Assembly (NCBI GenBank): GCA_038496445.1
Contig: JALMLS010000343.1
Coordinates: 1 to 64,000, forward strand
Length of the DNA stretch: 64,000 nt
Source: Trichosphaerium sp. ATCC 40318
Lineage: Eukaryota; Protista; Tubulinea
Reading direction: 5' to 3'
Shown here one piece after another: positions 24,460 to 35,545 of this stretch. The notes below the pieces were generated by a model. It ran no database searches and was not told the DNA's origin. It saw nothing but the letters and a program-made list of their open reading frames with translations. Made by a program: the position numbers and the translations under genes. Every line of letters starts with the position of its first letter. Position 1 is the first letter of the stretch.

Positions 24460-25574
24460 TTATTGGCGCATGCCAGAGCTTCATCGTGAACTCTTGAATA
24501 ATCACCACTAACATCCTCTTTGCGTTCACCTTGAGCATCTAATTATTAACATGAACACCACATACAATCACAACACGTTACCTTTCACGGTTATTGTAGC
24601 CACGTATTGATTGGTTGATCTTATTTTAAATCTCCAAAAAGGTACATAAACACGACGCAAGTCCTACAAAGTGATGATAAACAACACGTGTTTTACAAAA
24701 AAAATTGAAGTAATTGCACGCTACTCCAAGCTCTTGTAGGATAATAGAAAAATTCCAAAAAATACTAATATAAATCTATACTGATACGTGTAGCGTACTT
24801 GAACCGTCACTTGCTCGTTAAAGTCAATAGGCGTGAACCAATGAGATTTTAACCATTTTTCGATATTAATTTTACAACGTGCTTCAGCGACTGCGAATGG
24901 CACTACATTATCTGGCAGAATATCCACCTAATACTGTTAATAACAACGCCAATAAAAGATTCGAAACTGAGGCACATTGTCGAGAGAATTTAGCATTTTT
25001 TTTTCTTTTAGTTGAAAAATGGTTTAACTAACCTTCACATTTGCTACAACAGCCCATTCGCCATCAGATTCTGATAGAAATGTCTCTGTGCTGTCGCCAT
25101 CAAGTGGAACTTGATCAAAGTTAATAAACAACATGACAATACTATGAGTGCGGTGATGTGTTGGTGGAGTATTGGTTTAGCATAGTTTCGGTTTAAAAAC
25201 GTTTTGTTGCTTTTCACTGATGCGAACATTTGTTACCTTGTAAGAACGATGGACTGAGGCTGTCAACGTACTCCTACTCTTTATCAGTACATACAAATTA
25301 CAAAGGCGGTTTTTTCAATTAGAAACATGAAAATCGGTTCAAATAGCATTGCATAGCGTACTCGCTCAGCATTTGGGCTCTTTGGTGGGTTTGGAGGAAG
25401 TCCTTCATCTATATCCTTAAAACTTACTAGATGCATTGATTTAGTTCTTTTTAACGCGCTACAGACAAACGCAAAACGGAATTTGCGAAACTAACCTGGT
25501 TCGTCTGTATCATTGCTAGGTTGGCCCGCAATGTATGTACCAACCGAACTGAGGGCAGAAGTCCAGTATTCCAT
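24460..25574 (-). CDS. Hypothetical protein, multi-exon
   Basis: MEYWTSALSSVGTYIAGQPSNDTDEP|..DIDEGLPPNPPKSPNAE|..DILPDNVVPFAVAEARCKINIEKWLKSHWF.. with canonical introns. Confidence 0.45.
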
Positions 25575-25786
25575 GAGAATAAGTGCGTTTAAACGCCAAA
25601 CGAAATAAAAACAAAAATAATAGCATTGACCAAGTAAAGTCGACGTGAGCTAGCGCTATAAAATGAATTTCACACCAACAGAGCGCGACAAAACCTACTT
25701 TACAAATTGAGGTACGACTCGCAATTTTTTACGAAAGAGGCATTCAACAAAAAGAAGAGAATGAAAAACAACATTATTTTTATTTT

Positions 25787-28700
25787 CTAATTCAGTTTAG
25801 CTTCTACAGAGTCTTCTCCTTTAAGTTTGTAGAGCGCCCCATTAGGGAATGCTTGCAATGAGTCAACGAGCAACATAGACTTTTGTACGTTGGTAACGAG
25901 TGGTACACCAAAATCAATAGCCAAACGCCTTACTTTGTAGCCTTGAGAAAAAATGTTAGAGGGAAAATATAAAATCTTACTACTCACCTTTGGTGTCGTA
26001 TTTATGAGACCTGTGGTGCTTGTATTTGGATGGATACACCAACGCCAATCCAAACTTTCCTGATGAAATGAGGTGGTCAACAGATGAGGTAGGTGCAGCT
26101 CCTTCTTCTGGCCACATCAACGCGGTGATATTGACTTCATTAGAAGACAAAAAGTCTGCTGTGCCTGGAGTTCCATAGAGGCGATATCCGAGTTTTTGGA
26201 GTTTCTTTGGAGGAGTTAGTTCCTCTGCTTCCTTCATTATCATCATAGTAGACATACCTTTGCGTAAGGGAGAAATGCCATCTTATTTCCGTATGACCCA
26301 AGAGAGAGCAATACATTGCAGCCAGCGTCTGGTTTGCGGAATCCAGTCGCTACCAAGGCCTTCAAAAAGGCGCCATGTATACATGTGCCAAAGCAAGCTA
26401 CTTCGCCTGTTGAGTGCATTTCGACTCCAAGCCTTGGATCGGATCTACAAAAGAGTGAGCAATATGTACATGGTGTAAGTTGCTAAATTACTACTCACCC
26501 TTGTAGCCTAGAAAAGCTAAATTGCGAAGCCTTGACACCAATTCTATTGTTGTTTTTAAGAGAACTTTGCCAGGCATCGATGTCGTCTTGGAAAGGTAAT
26601 CCTAGTATGGCCTGAAAGTAATATGAGCCAAGATAAGTAGTGCAAGCAGGGAACTTTACCTTTGTAGCTACGGAAATAAAGTTTATGCCAAGAGTCTTCG
26701 ATACGAATGGGAAGCTCCTGGATGACCTCAAGTTACATTCAATGACCTTTATATCGTTCCCTTTGACAATATACTGAATATTAACAGGCCCTGTGACATT
26801 AAGGTTCTTTGCAATCTGGCTGGTGATGGTCCTGAAGTAAAATTAATAACAAACGTCATAAAAGTAAAGGCAACTTACGTGATCCTGTCGATGATATCTT
26901 TTCCTACAGATTGTGGTGGAAGCACCAATGTAGCATCACCTGAGTGAACGCCAGCGTTTTCTACGTGCTCAGATATAGCCTTGACGACTATTTTGCCATC
27001 AACAGCAACTGCATCAACATCAATCTCTTTCGCTATAAAAGAGCTTAATTAACAATCCTTCAATTACTCAAAAGGGGTACCTCCAACAATGAACTTTGAA
27101 ATCACAACGGGGTGATCGCTATTAATTGCACTAGCACGTTCGAGATACTTCTTTACACCAGCTTCGGAGTGCGCTACGCTCATACCACTGCCTGATAAGA
27201 CGAAAGAAGGACGGACCTGCAAGGTATTAGAAACGACAATTTTAAACACAATGACATACCAAGCAGGGATATGAAACCTTGTTACAAAAAGATAGAGTAT
27301 CTGGAATACTTAAACACTCTTTCCATTCGGGTTGGTCTATTGCTAATCCATCGAGCATCTTTGAGAAGACGAACCTGTTTTCAGCGCGCTCTATTTGAGG
27401 TACTGGTGTGCCGAGAATCTACACCGCTTTAGTATTGACTCAAACTGTTGTTTTAAATAACACTCACCTTGACTTTGTAGTCATGGAGCTTAGGTGCCAG
27501 ACAATTAGGGATTTGTCCTCCAAACGAAATGATTACACCTTCTGGTGATTCACGTTCATAGATATCACAGACAGTCTCAAAAGTGAGCTCCTCAAAATAA
27601 AGGCTATCACATTCATCGTAATCTGTGCTCACCTATTCAAGCATGAGAATACAATTACTTTGGCAAAAATTTTACAACTTACCGTTTCGGGATTGTAGTT
27701 AATCATGATGGAGAGTTTACCACTAGCCTTAAGAGTTCTTGCAGCAACGACGGCTCCCCAATCAAACTCAACACTACTTCCAATACAGTAAGCTCCGCTA
27801 CCAAGCACGATAACTCCTCCTATTGTTTATCAATTCAAGTATCAAAATAAAAGCAAGTTATACCTTTGTCTTTATCAACGTCATCTTGAGATCCATGATA
27901 CGTGAGATACAAGTAGTTGTTTATTGCAGGGTACTCAGCTGCAACGGTGTCTATTTGCTTGACGCTTGGCGTCACGTTAAACGACTTTCGAAGTGCTCTA
28001 AGAGTAGAATTAGATGTGGCTTTGTAATGCCTTTATAATAACGTACCGCACTTGAAGTTCTTCTGTACCAAGGCACTGAGCTATGTGCTTGTCTGAGAAT
28101 CCAAGTTTCTTGGCTTTTATCATTGATGGCTTTGTAAGGTCTTTCAATGAGCCAACATCTTTCGTAATAAAAGTCTCAAAAGAAGAAATGCGCTTCAGTT
28201 GTAGCAAGAACCACTTATCAATTTTAGAAAGCTCGTGTATTTTATCAACAGTGTAACCTTCGTTGAGAGCTTGGGCTCTAAAAAGATAGTCAGTAAGTGG
28301 GAAAACGTAACCAAAGATGGAAACATACAAAGCAAGAATGCGATCATCTGAGGGTTGAGCGACACGTTCGTCATTAACTTCAATGCCGTATCCGCTCTGG
28401 AATCCAGTTGTGCCAGGGTATGCCATGCGTACAGCCTTCTGGATGGTTTCTGTAAAAGTGCGACCAATAGCCATCACTTCGCCAACACTTTTCATAGCAG
28501 TACCAACTTGGGAATAAAATAAGAAAATTATTGTGAGGTAACAAAAGGGGTACCATCGCTTGACACTTTCTCGAACTTGTTGAGGTCCCATCGTGGTATT
28601 TTTATAACGACGTAGTCCATAGAAGGTTCGAAACATGCTGATGTAATACCTGTGACAGAGTTTCGCAGCTCATGTAGCGTGTAACCAAGAGCTAACCAAA

Positions 28701-31610
28701 ACGTTAGAAATAGCCAGAGGGTATAATTTAAATACCTAGCTTTGCTGAGACAGCAGCTAATGGGTATCCTGTTGCTTTACTGGCAAGCGCAGATGACCTG
28801 GAAAGCCTAGCGTTTACTTCTATTATGTAATACGTTCTGGAGTGAGGATCCAAGGCGATCTGTATGTTACCTACTCGAAAGGTAAGTGAACAATAAAACC
28901 AAAAAGTTGACGCACATTCACCAATAACTCCTAAATGGCGCACTACGCGTAGAGCTACCATACGAAGCATGTGATACTCGGCATCATCTAACGTTTGACT
29001 AGGCGCTACCTAGAAACACAGTGAGCTTATTGTAACGAGGCAGGGTTATAAAGAACACGTACTACTATGCTTTCTCCAGTATGAATGCCCAAAGGATCAA
29101 AATTCTCCATATTGCAGACAGTGATGCAATTATCTTCACAATCACGTACTACCTCGTACTCTACCTCTTTCCAACCGTATAATGAACGTTCGACCAAGAT
29201 CTAAGCAAAATCTTAGATGATATTGTGAACAATCTAGTACGCACCTGAGAAGATTTGGCGAAAGCAAGAACGGCCAAGTTCGTTAGTTCGTCTTTGTTGT
29301 TGGCAAACCCAGAACCAAGGCCACCCAAAGCAAACCCAGCACGAACGATTACAGGATATCCTATACGTTCTGCTGCATCCAAAGCTGCTTGTATACTGAG
29401 ACAAGGTACTGAAGGTGCGATAGATTCTCCAATCTCCTCCAATTTTTGTGCGAAAATGCCTCGATCTTCAGTGTTATTGATTGCTTCTATTGGCGTTCCG
29501 AGTACATTGACATTGTACTTTTTAAATATGCCTTCTTTCCACAATTCAATACCGGTGTTGAGCGCCGTTTGACCACCTACACACGAATTAGTCACTCAGT
29601 CGAAGAGAGATTAAAGTACCAAAGGTAAGAAGAATGCCATCTGGTTTTTCCTCTTCGAGTATTTGTATTACAAATTTTGCTGTTACAGGAAGGAAATACA
29701 CTTTATCAGCCATGCCACGCATGGTTTGTACGGTAGCAATATTAGGGTTAAGTAGTATTGTGTATATGCCCTCTTCCTTTAGTGCTTTAATTGCTTGACT
29801 ACCAGAATAGTCGAACTCTCCAGCTAAGTAGGGTCAGTTATTGAATCTCAACGTGTCCGAAAGCAAACTTAAAAACCGAACTCACCTTGTCCAATTGACA
29901 AGCCACCAGATCCTAGAATGAGGACCTTCTTTGGTTTGTATGGTTTTGCATTCCCAAACGTGTGGGCAAGAGGCACTTGAGCGTTTGTTTCGCCGTTAAT
30001 TTGGTTCAAGAACATATCAAACAAGTACTCGGTTTCTTTAGGTCCAGCATTTGCTTCAGGATGAAACTGAACTGTAGAGTACGGTTTGCTGACGTGTCGA
30101 ATGCCTAGAATCCACTGGTTAACACGTGATATAGCAAAATGTGGGAAAGTCGTACCTGCATTAGTGCCGTCGTTTGCGTTTATAAAGTATGGTTCCCACT
30201 CCTTTGGGAGGCTCTTTACGTCAACTTGATATCCATGGTTTTGCATGGTCAAGTGACATCTACCAGTTGTTTGGTCAATACAAGGCTGGTTTTGGCTTCT
30301 ATGTCCAAATTTCATTTTTTTTGTCGTTGCTCCTGCCGCCTTGGCTATGAGTTGATGCCCTAGGCATATACCTTCTGGAAGTGAGCAAAATGATAAAAAC
30401 AACAGAAAAAAACATGTGAATCTTACCAAACACTGGTACGATTTTGTGTGGTGTTTCTCTGGTAAGTACTGTACGTATGTGTTTCACAGTTAGATCACAC
30501 ATATCCGGATTACCTGGTCCGTTGCTATTGGGGAGGATTAGCACTTCGGAAAGCGCGCCATTTTTTGTACCTCACGAATATAGCATCGTAGTCATCGTCC
30601 ATTGTAAAGTCATAATCGTAAGGTACCCGTTTTATTCTAAGGAGAAGAAAATTTAATGCGGAGAAATTTTTACGAAGCTAATTCTTACTTTAATCCCCGC
30701 TTCAATAAGCATCTCATTTGATTATACTTTACACCACAGTCTACCACTAACACTGTTTTTTCTCCTTCACCATAATACTGGATCTTGTCCGTAGTCACTT
30801 GTGCTACAAGACGTCCAGTATCTGGATCAATTACGGGACATTCTTTGTTATCTTCATCAATAATAATTTTTCCTTTTAGTACACCATTGTCTCTGTGAAC
30901 GATAAATAAGTACAAGATTTATGGTAAGATCAAAAGTCCCTCGGTACCGTATTTTCTGAATAAGTGCGCGTGTGTCAATGTCATAAAGCGCAGGTATTTC
31001 GTGCTCTTTCAGCCATTCTGAAAGTGATTTTTTTGCCGCCCAGTGGCTGTGTCCAATAGCAGAATACTCCGCGACTAGTGTTCTCGTAAGCGATCGTGTC
31101 TAAACAAGCGTAAAATAACGCACCTATAAGGCCGGCTACATGAATTTTATTCGATTCAAAGTATTTTTTAAGACCATACACGTCCTTCTCATCACCAGGT
31201 ACGCCATAGTTACCTAAATTGGTTTAAGCGTGTCAATAAACCATGCATGAATTTTCCAAGATTGTTTAAGAAGGCATCTTACCGATGAGAGGAAATGATA
31301 GAATCAGGATTTGGCCCTAAACGCGAATAAGAATAGGCTAATAAGGCAAAAGTTGGTGCCAGCGTTATATTTTTCATACAAAAAAACTCCTAACACCACG
31401 TACCTTGTAACTTGGATCTGTTAAGCTCTCGCAGTAGCCTACCATTCCTATCCGTGTGTAAAAATATTTACAGTACGTTCCCGCTTTTAAAAAACATCCA
31501 TAACCAACCGTACCAGTTTGAAATACCACTTCACCTCCTTTGTTATTGTTGGCACCAAAAGAAATCCCATCAAGGGTTGTGCCATCTTCAAGTATAAGTT
31601 TCCCAGACAT
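25787..31610 (-). CDS. Glutamine-dependent carbamoyl-phosphate synthetase, fused small+large subunits, no DHOase/ATCase, multi-exon
   Basis: [20 protein letters not shown]; SNGPGNP; GICLGHQ (catalytic Cys); QFHPE; [22 protein letters not shown]; [24 protein letters not shown]; [12 protein letters not shown]; VRPSFVLSG; [13 protein letters not shown]; MGS domain [14 protein letters not shown], then stop. Confidence 0.97.
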
Positions 31611-31617
31611 TTTTCGT

Positions 31618-31669
31618 CTAAAAAGCTATTTAGCGACTCTGAAACACTCGGTAATCGTTTATGGCGTAC
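31618..31669 (-). other. Predicted 52-nt intron in the CPS 5' UTR, between the uORF and the main ATG
   Basis: aaaa|GTACGCC...GCTAAATAGCTTTTTAG|acgaaaaATG matches the donor, branch and acceptor pattern of other introns in the window. Confidence 0.7.
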
Positions 31670-31711
31670 TTTTGATTTAATTTTTTGCCTTTAATTGTTA
31701 AATGTTTGTTT

Positions 31712-31798
31712 TCAATGTTTCTGTGCTTTCCAGATGTTATCACACAAGTAGTCGAGTTCAATGCGTATGTTAATTTGTCGACCTTCACTACAGCCCAT
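31712..31798 (-). promoter_or_regulatory. uORF encoding an arginine attenuator peptide (AAP)-like peptide, MGCSEGRQINIRIELDYLCDNIWKAQKH
   Basis: ATG at 31798 to TGA at 31714-31712. DYLCDNIWKA aligns with N. crassa arg-2 DYLSDHLWRA and yeast CPA1 DYISDHIWKT; it lies directly 5' of a CPS small-subunit domain. Confidence 0.88.
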
Positions 31799-33838
31799 CA
31801 AGTTTCACTTTGAGGATTATGAAGAATTCGTGTTGACAATTTTGGGCGTAACTTTGAAATATTGTTAACTCACCTCACAAAATTTGTCAGTTACGAGAAA
31901 TTTCTCAACTACCCGCTACTGTTTAACTTTATGCGTGCGAAAGCGGTGACAAGCACTTCTCCAACATGGTGTCGTTATACTGCAACATGCGATAAGCGGC
32001 TACTATTACGTCTTGTGCAGAAAAAAAGGATCTTGGATCAAGATTCAGTGTTTGTTATTTGTTTACACAGTGCTCCACACTAAAACGTAGTCGGTGCTAT
32101 GCCGTGATTGCCAACCGCGTTGCGCGTATACAGGTTTCAACAGGATATTTCGTTGTACAACAAACATGAGCACAATTCCTGTCACGTGTGTTTCTATCTC
32201 CATCGACGCACGTGACAAATTTGTAGCTTCACTTGTGGCATTTTTTTAACGATCGTTCATTTCATTGCACTTGAATTTGTACCCGAAAGCGATGCTGTAA
32301 CAAAACCCAACGTAGCACGTGATAAACATAAACAACAACAATTTTAGTACTTATTTGACAAATTCAAACAATACGAAAGTGTTTCGTGGCGTAGTTTTTT
32401 TATCCGCCATAGCTACCTCAAAAATGTTGTCTAAACCTAGCAGTACTCTAAAGATATATGTACAAAGCCAACGTTTTTTTATAACAGTCAAAAAAAAAAG
32501 GTGTACCAACCGTGCTTAGTGCTATTAATATCAAGGTGCACATGTGAACCTTCTACTCCTTTTATATTTGTCCGAACAGACTAATAGTTTAGTGGTTGGA
32601 TTTCAACCTAAAATTATGGCCGAGATTTATAGATTTCTTCATACAGCGATTAAACTACGCACCTAAAAGAATACTAGTTTAACATTATAAGCCGCTCCGA
32701 ACCATCTCATATTCAATACAAGAGCACAGGAGATTTCCGAAATTCCTAGCGACCACGGAGCTCAACGGGCGCTGTATGAGTGCCTTCCGAATGTTCTCAA
32801 GTTGAAAAGATCAGGTTCAGATACAAAATAGCTGTTGCTATTATTTCGCACAAACTCGCAAAATACGCAAATACACTACGCGTATACAATGTAAATATAA
32901 TAAATTGCGGAGGAGAACTACATAAAAAAATACGGCGTAGTTTCTTTTGTTTTTTGAACTAAAAAAAATCACTTCCGTAAAGGTACAGAGGCCTCCAAAA
33001 ATTGCAATTCACGTGTTCGCTGTAGTCCCCCACATGTTTTCCGTAAATTATACGCTTTTGAACATTAAAGCAAATGCATCAAAATAAAGGAGAAACTTGT
33101 TTTGTTCAATTTTATTCGCAATCGTCTTACAAGTGACAAAGGGGCATTTTGGGTGAGGACGTTTTATTCCGTAGATTTATTTCTACGTATACGTCTCGTT
33201 TTAGTGATAATCTGAGTGAATCAGCCGAGAACAAAAAACTGGATTATTACCCATATCTTTGTTTCGCTTTGTAATACATTGCTTGGCAGTTTTGACTGTA
33301 TTTTTCGAAGTTCTAGGTAAAAACCGCGCAACAGCGATTTTTTCCGTTCTACCTGCTTGAGTTTGTCCGCCCTCAGCCCTGAGGTTCACACGCTCACCAT
33401 CTCCGCGCTCTCTGACTCGGTAGAAAACAAAAACGTATCTGCGTATCTAAACAATCACGTGCGCAATTAAAACGAGTGTCGGTACTTTTGCGAAAAAAAA
33501 CTTCACCAAACTAGTTTTTTGGTTATTATATTCATTTTTAAGAACAAACACAACAAACGCAACAACACTAGATGATAACAACAGAGCATACAAATAATGT
33601 GGTTCTATACCCACCTTTTAAAAGCCCATGCGATGCAGCAGCAACAGCGCTGGTGAACATGTGGGGAAGAAAGAACCATTGCAGTTCATACAAAGCTGTA
33701 CCTTTCTCTAAACCCAAAATATCGTGGTACGAAAAATGAAACGTTTTACAAGTTTTTTTTTTGTTTTACCCTTTTGTAAAAAAAGCAGTGTGAATTAGCC
33801 CGCCAAATAAACTATTCTTTGGGATGTAAGTTTAGCGG

Positions 33839-34381
33839 TTGCCAACTACACCCGAAGAAACACCCATATCCCATTTTGCCGGTACTTCAACGGAGAAACT
33901 AACTTTGAAATGTAGTAGTACACATAAGATTATAAAAAAAAACTCACACCCAAACTTCTTCCCGAAGCGCCTTTCGCTGAAGTTGAACGGTCGTCGAAAC
34001 CACATAGCGCAATACCCACAGTATTACGACGGCAAAACTATTTCTCCACCCAAATGGATTAGCAGGCAACTTGTCAAAAGAAGACGAAGGAGGAAAAATA
34101 CAATTAGGCTGAAATATCAAGAAACTCACAGTCTTGCCACAACGGTACCCATTGGTTCACCTGCAGTTATACGAACACAGCACTACCACAAGGATCCTTG
34201 GACTAAACTCCAGTTGCTAAAGCGACACTGGCAGTCATTCTCCGCATACAAAGGCAGGCGTATGCCTACCAAAAACAAAGTTGTTGGTGATATTTGCCAA
34301 AATCCTTTACCAAGTAAATCACGTGGTGACCCTTCTATTTTTTACAAAACTGATTGTTGGATAAAATTTTCTTCGAGCTAA
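33839..34381 (+). CDS. Hypothetical basic protein (probable upstream exon at ~33572-33726)
   Basis: 180-codon open frame, K/R-rich, no recognisable domain. Confidence 0.35.
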   Translation: MPTTPEETPISHFAGTSTEKLTLKCSSTHKIIKKNSHPNFFPKRLSLKLNGRRNHIAQYPQYYDGKTISPPKWISRQLVKRRRRRKNTIRLKYQETHSLATTVPIGSPAVIRTQHYHKDPWTKLQLLKRHWQSFSAYKGRRMPTKNKVVGDICQNPLPSKSRGDPSIFYKTDCWIKFSSS

Positions 34382-34460
34382 TAATAATGTAATTGCTAAA
34401 AATAAATAATAAAAAAGTGTACAATACAATAGTCGCAATTCCTCCGCTGCCCGCTGATAG

Positions 34461-34934
34461 TTATGCATAGAAATGTGTATCGTATAGTAATAGTGATTTT
34501 TTTTCGGGTTTGTACCTTGGATAGTGATTGTAAATTTTGAATGAGGATGCGTAACATTTGAAGCATTTGGTTGGCGCAAACAAGACTGACAACACAACGT
34601 CAAACAATAGGTTGAATAATGGCGAGTAGCGACGAACCAAACCTTTTTTTTTTGAAAAAAATTCTATTTCTCTTGCAACAACATTGCATGTCACATAAAT
34701 GTAGAATAATACTCTAAGACAAGCCAATAGTAAAATAAGTAAAGGTACAACTAGTGGCAATAAGTACTTATTAAGTACGTTCTGACTGTCGTCAATGTCA
34801 GTCAATGATGAAATACTCCCAGCTATTCTGACATATCTCAAACCACGAAGGAATAAAATAGAAATCACAAGAAAAGCTGAACAGGTGACAAAATGAAATC
34901 CGACAAGAAAACAACATAACGGATATTGTACCAA
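34461..34934 (-). CDS. Hypothetical membrane protein (possibly 3' exons of the UBL gene)
   Basis: Hydrophobic segments FVTCSAFLVISILFL and LLPLVVPLLILLLACLRVLFYIYV. Confidence 0.35.
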   Translation of the reverse strand: MVQYPLCCFLVGFHFVTCSAFLVISILFLRGLRYVRIAGSISSLTDIDDSQNVLNKYLLPLVVPLLILLLACLRVLFYIYVTCNVVAREIEFFSKKKGLVRRYSPLFNLLFDVVLSVLFAPTKCFKCYASSFKIYNHYPRYKPEKKSLLLYDTHFYA

Positions 34935-35178
34935 ATACTGTCCAGTTCCTTTGTTTCACGTATCCAAAGGGACTCAGTACAGAGAATTACCCATGTGCCG
35001 AAGAAAGAACTTGGCTTTAGGATGTGGGTATCAACTGCTAGCGTCTCCTAAAATAACATTCAAATTGTTTTTGCCAGTGTCTCTGAGAGCACATTGCTTA
35101 AAAGGAAGCTAGAGAGCCACGCCACCAAACATAACCTACTTTTATTGAATACAGAACTAAATTGGAATTGAGGAGCAT

Positions 35179-35472
35179 TCAAATCACTGCGTGTGACCTC
35201 CTGGAACCTGCACGTATTAAAAGGTTATCAATGAGTGTGTCGCGTACCTTAGGAACTATAACTATTTGCTCTTGTTCAGAACAATTCTTTAACGCGAGCG
35301 TTTCGTTATCTCCCAGATCAGTGTTTAGATCCGAGAGCACAATGCTTTCCACTTCTTTATTCCACCATGCGTAAACCATCCTCTTGAGGTCTTTACCAGT
35401 TACCGAAGCTTGAAGACGTACAACCTTCGATTTATCTAGGCATATGATACTGGCGTGGACGTGCATTGCCAT
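35179..35472 (-). CDS. Ubiquitin-like (beta-grasp) domain protein
   Basis: VVRLQASVTGKDLKRMV..IVLSDLNTDLGDNETLALKNCSEQEQIVIVPK fits the UBL pattern T..DLK / L.D..TL / I..V. Confidence 0.55.
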   Translation of the reverse strand: MAMHVHASIICLDKSKVVRLQASVTGKDLKRMVYAWWNKEVESIVLSDLNTDLGDNETLALKNCSEQEQIVIVPKVRDTLIDNLLIRAGSRRSHAVI

Positions 35473-35545
35473 TGTCGTTGGAATAGGATTTTAGTTCCTA
35501 CGCTAGTCAATAATGGTAAAAAAAAACCCTCCAGTTCCTTACAGC

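Noticed and set aside
33345-33425. TPP or glycine riboswitch
   Set aside because: Lacks the conserved cores (CUGAGA with the CCUGAU/AGGGA elements; CCGAAG)
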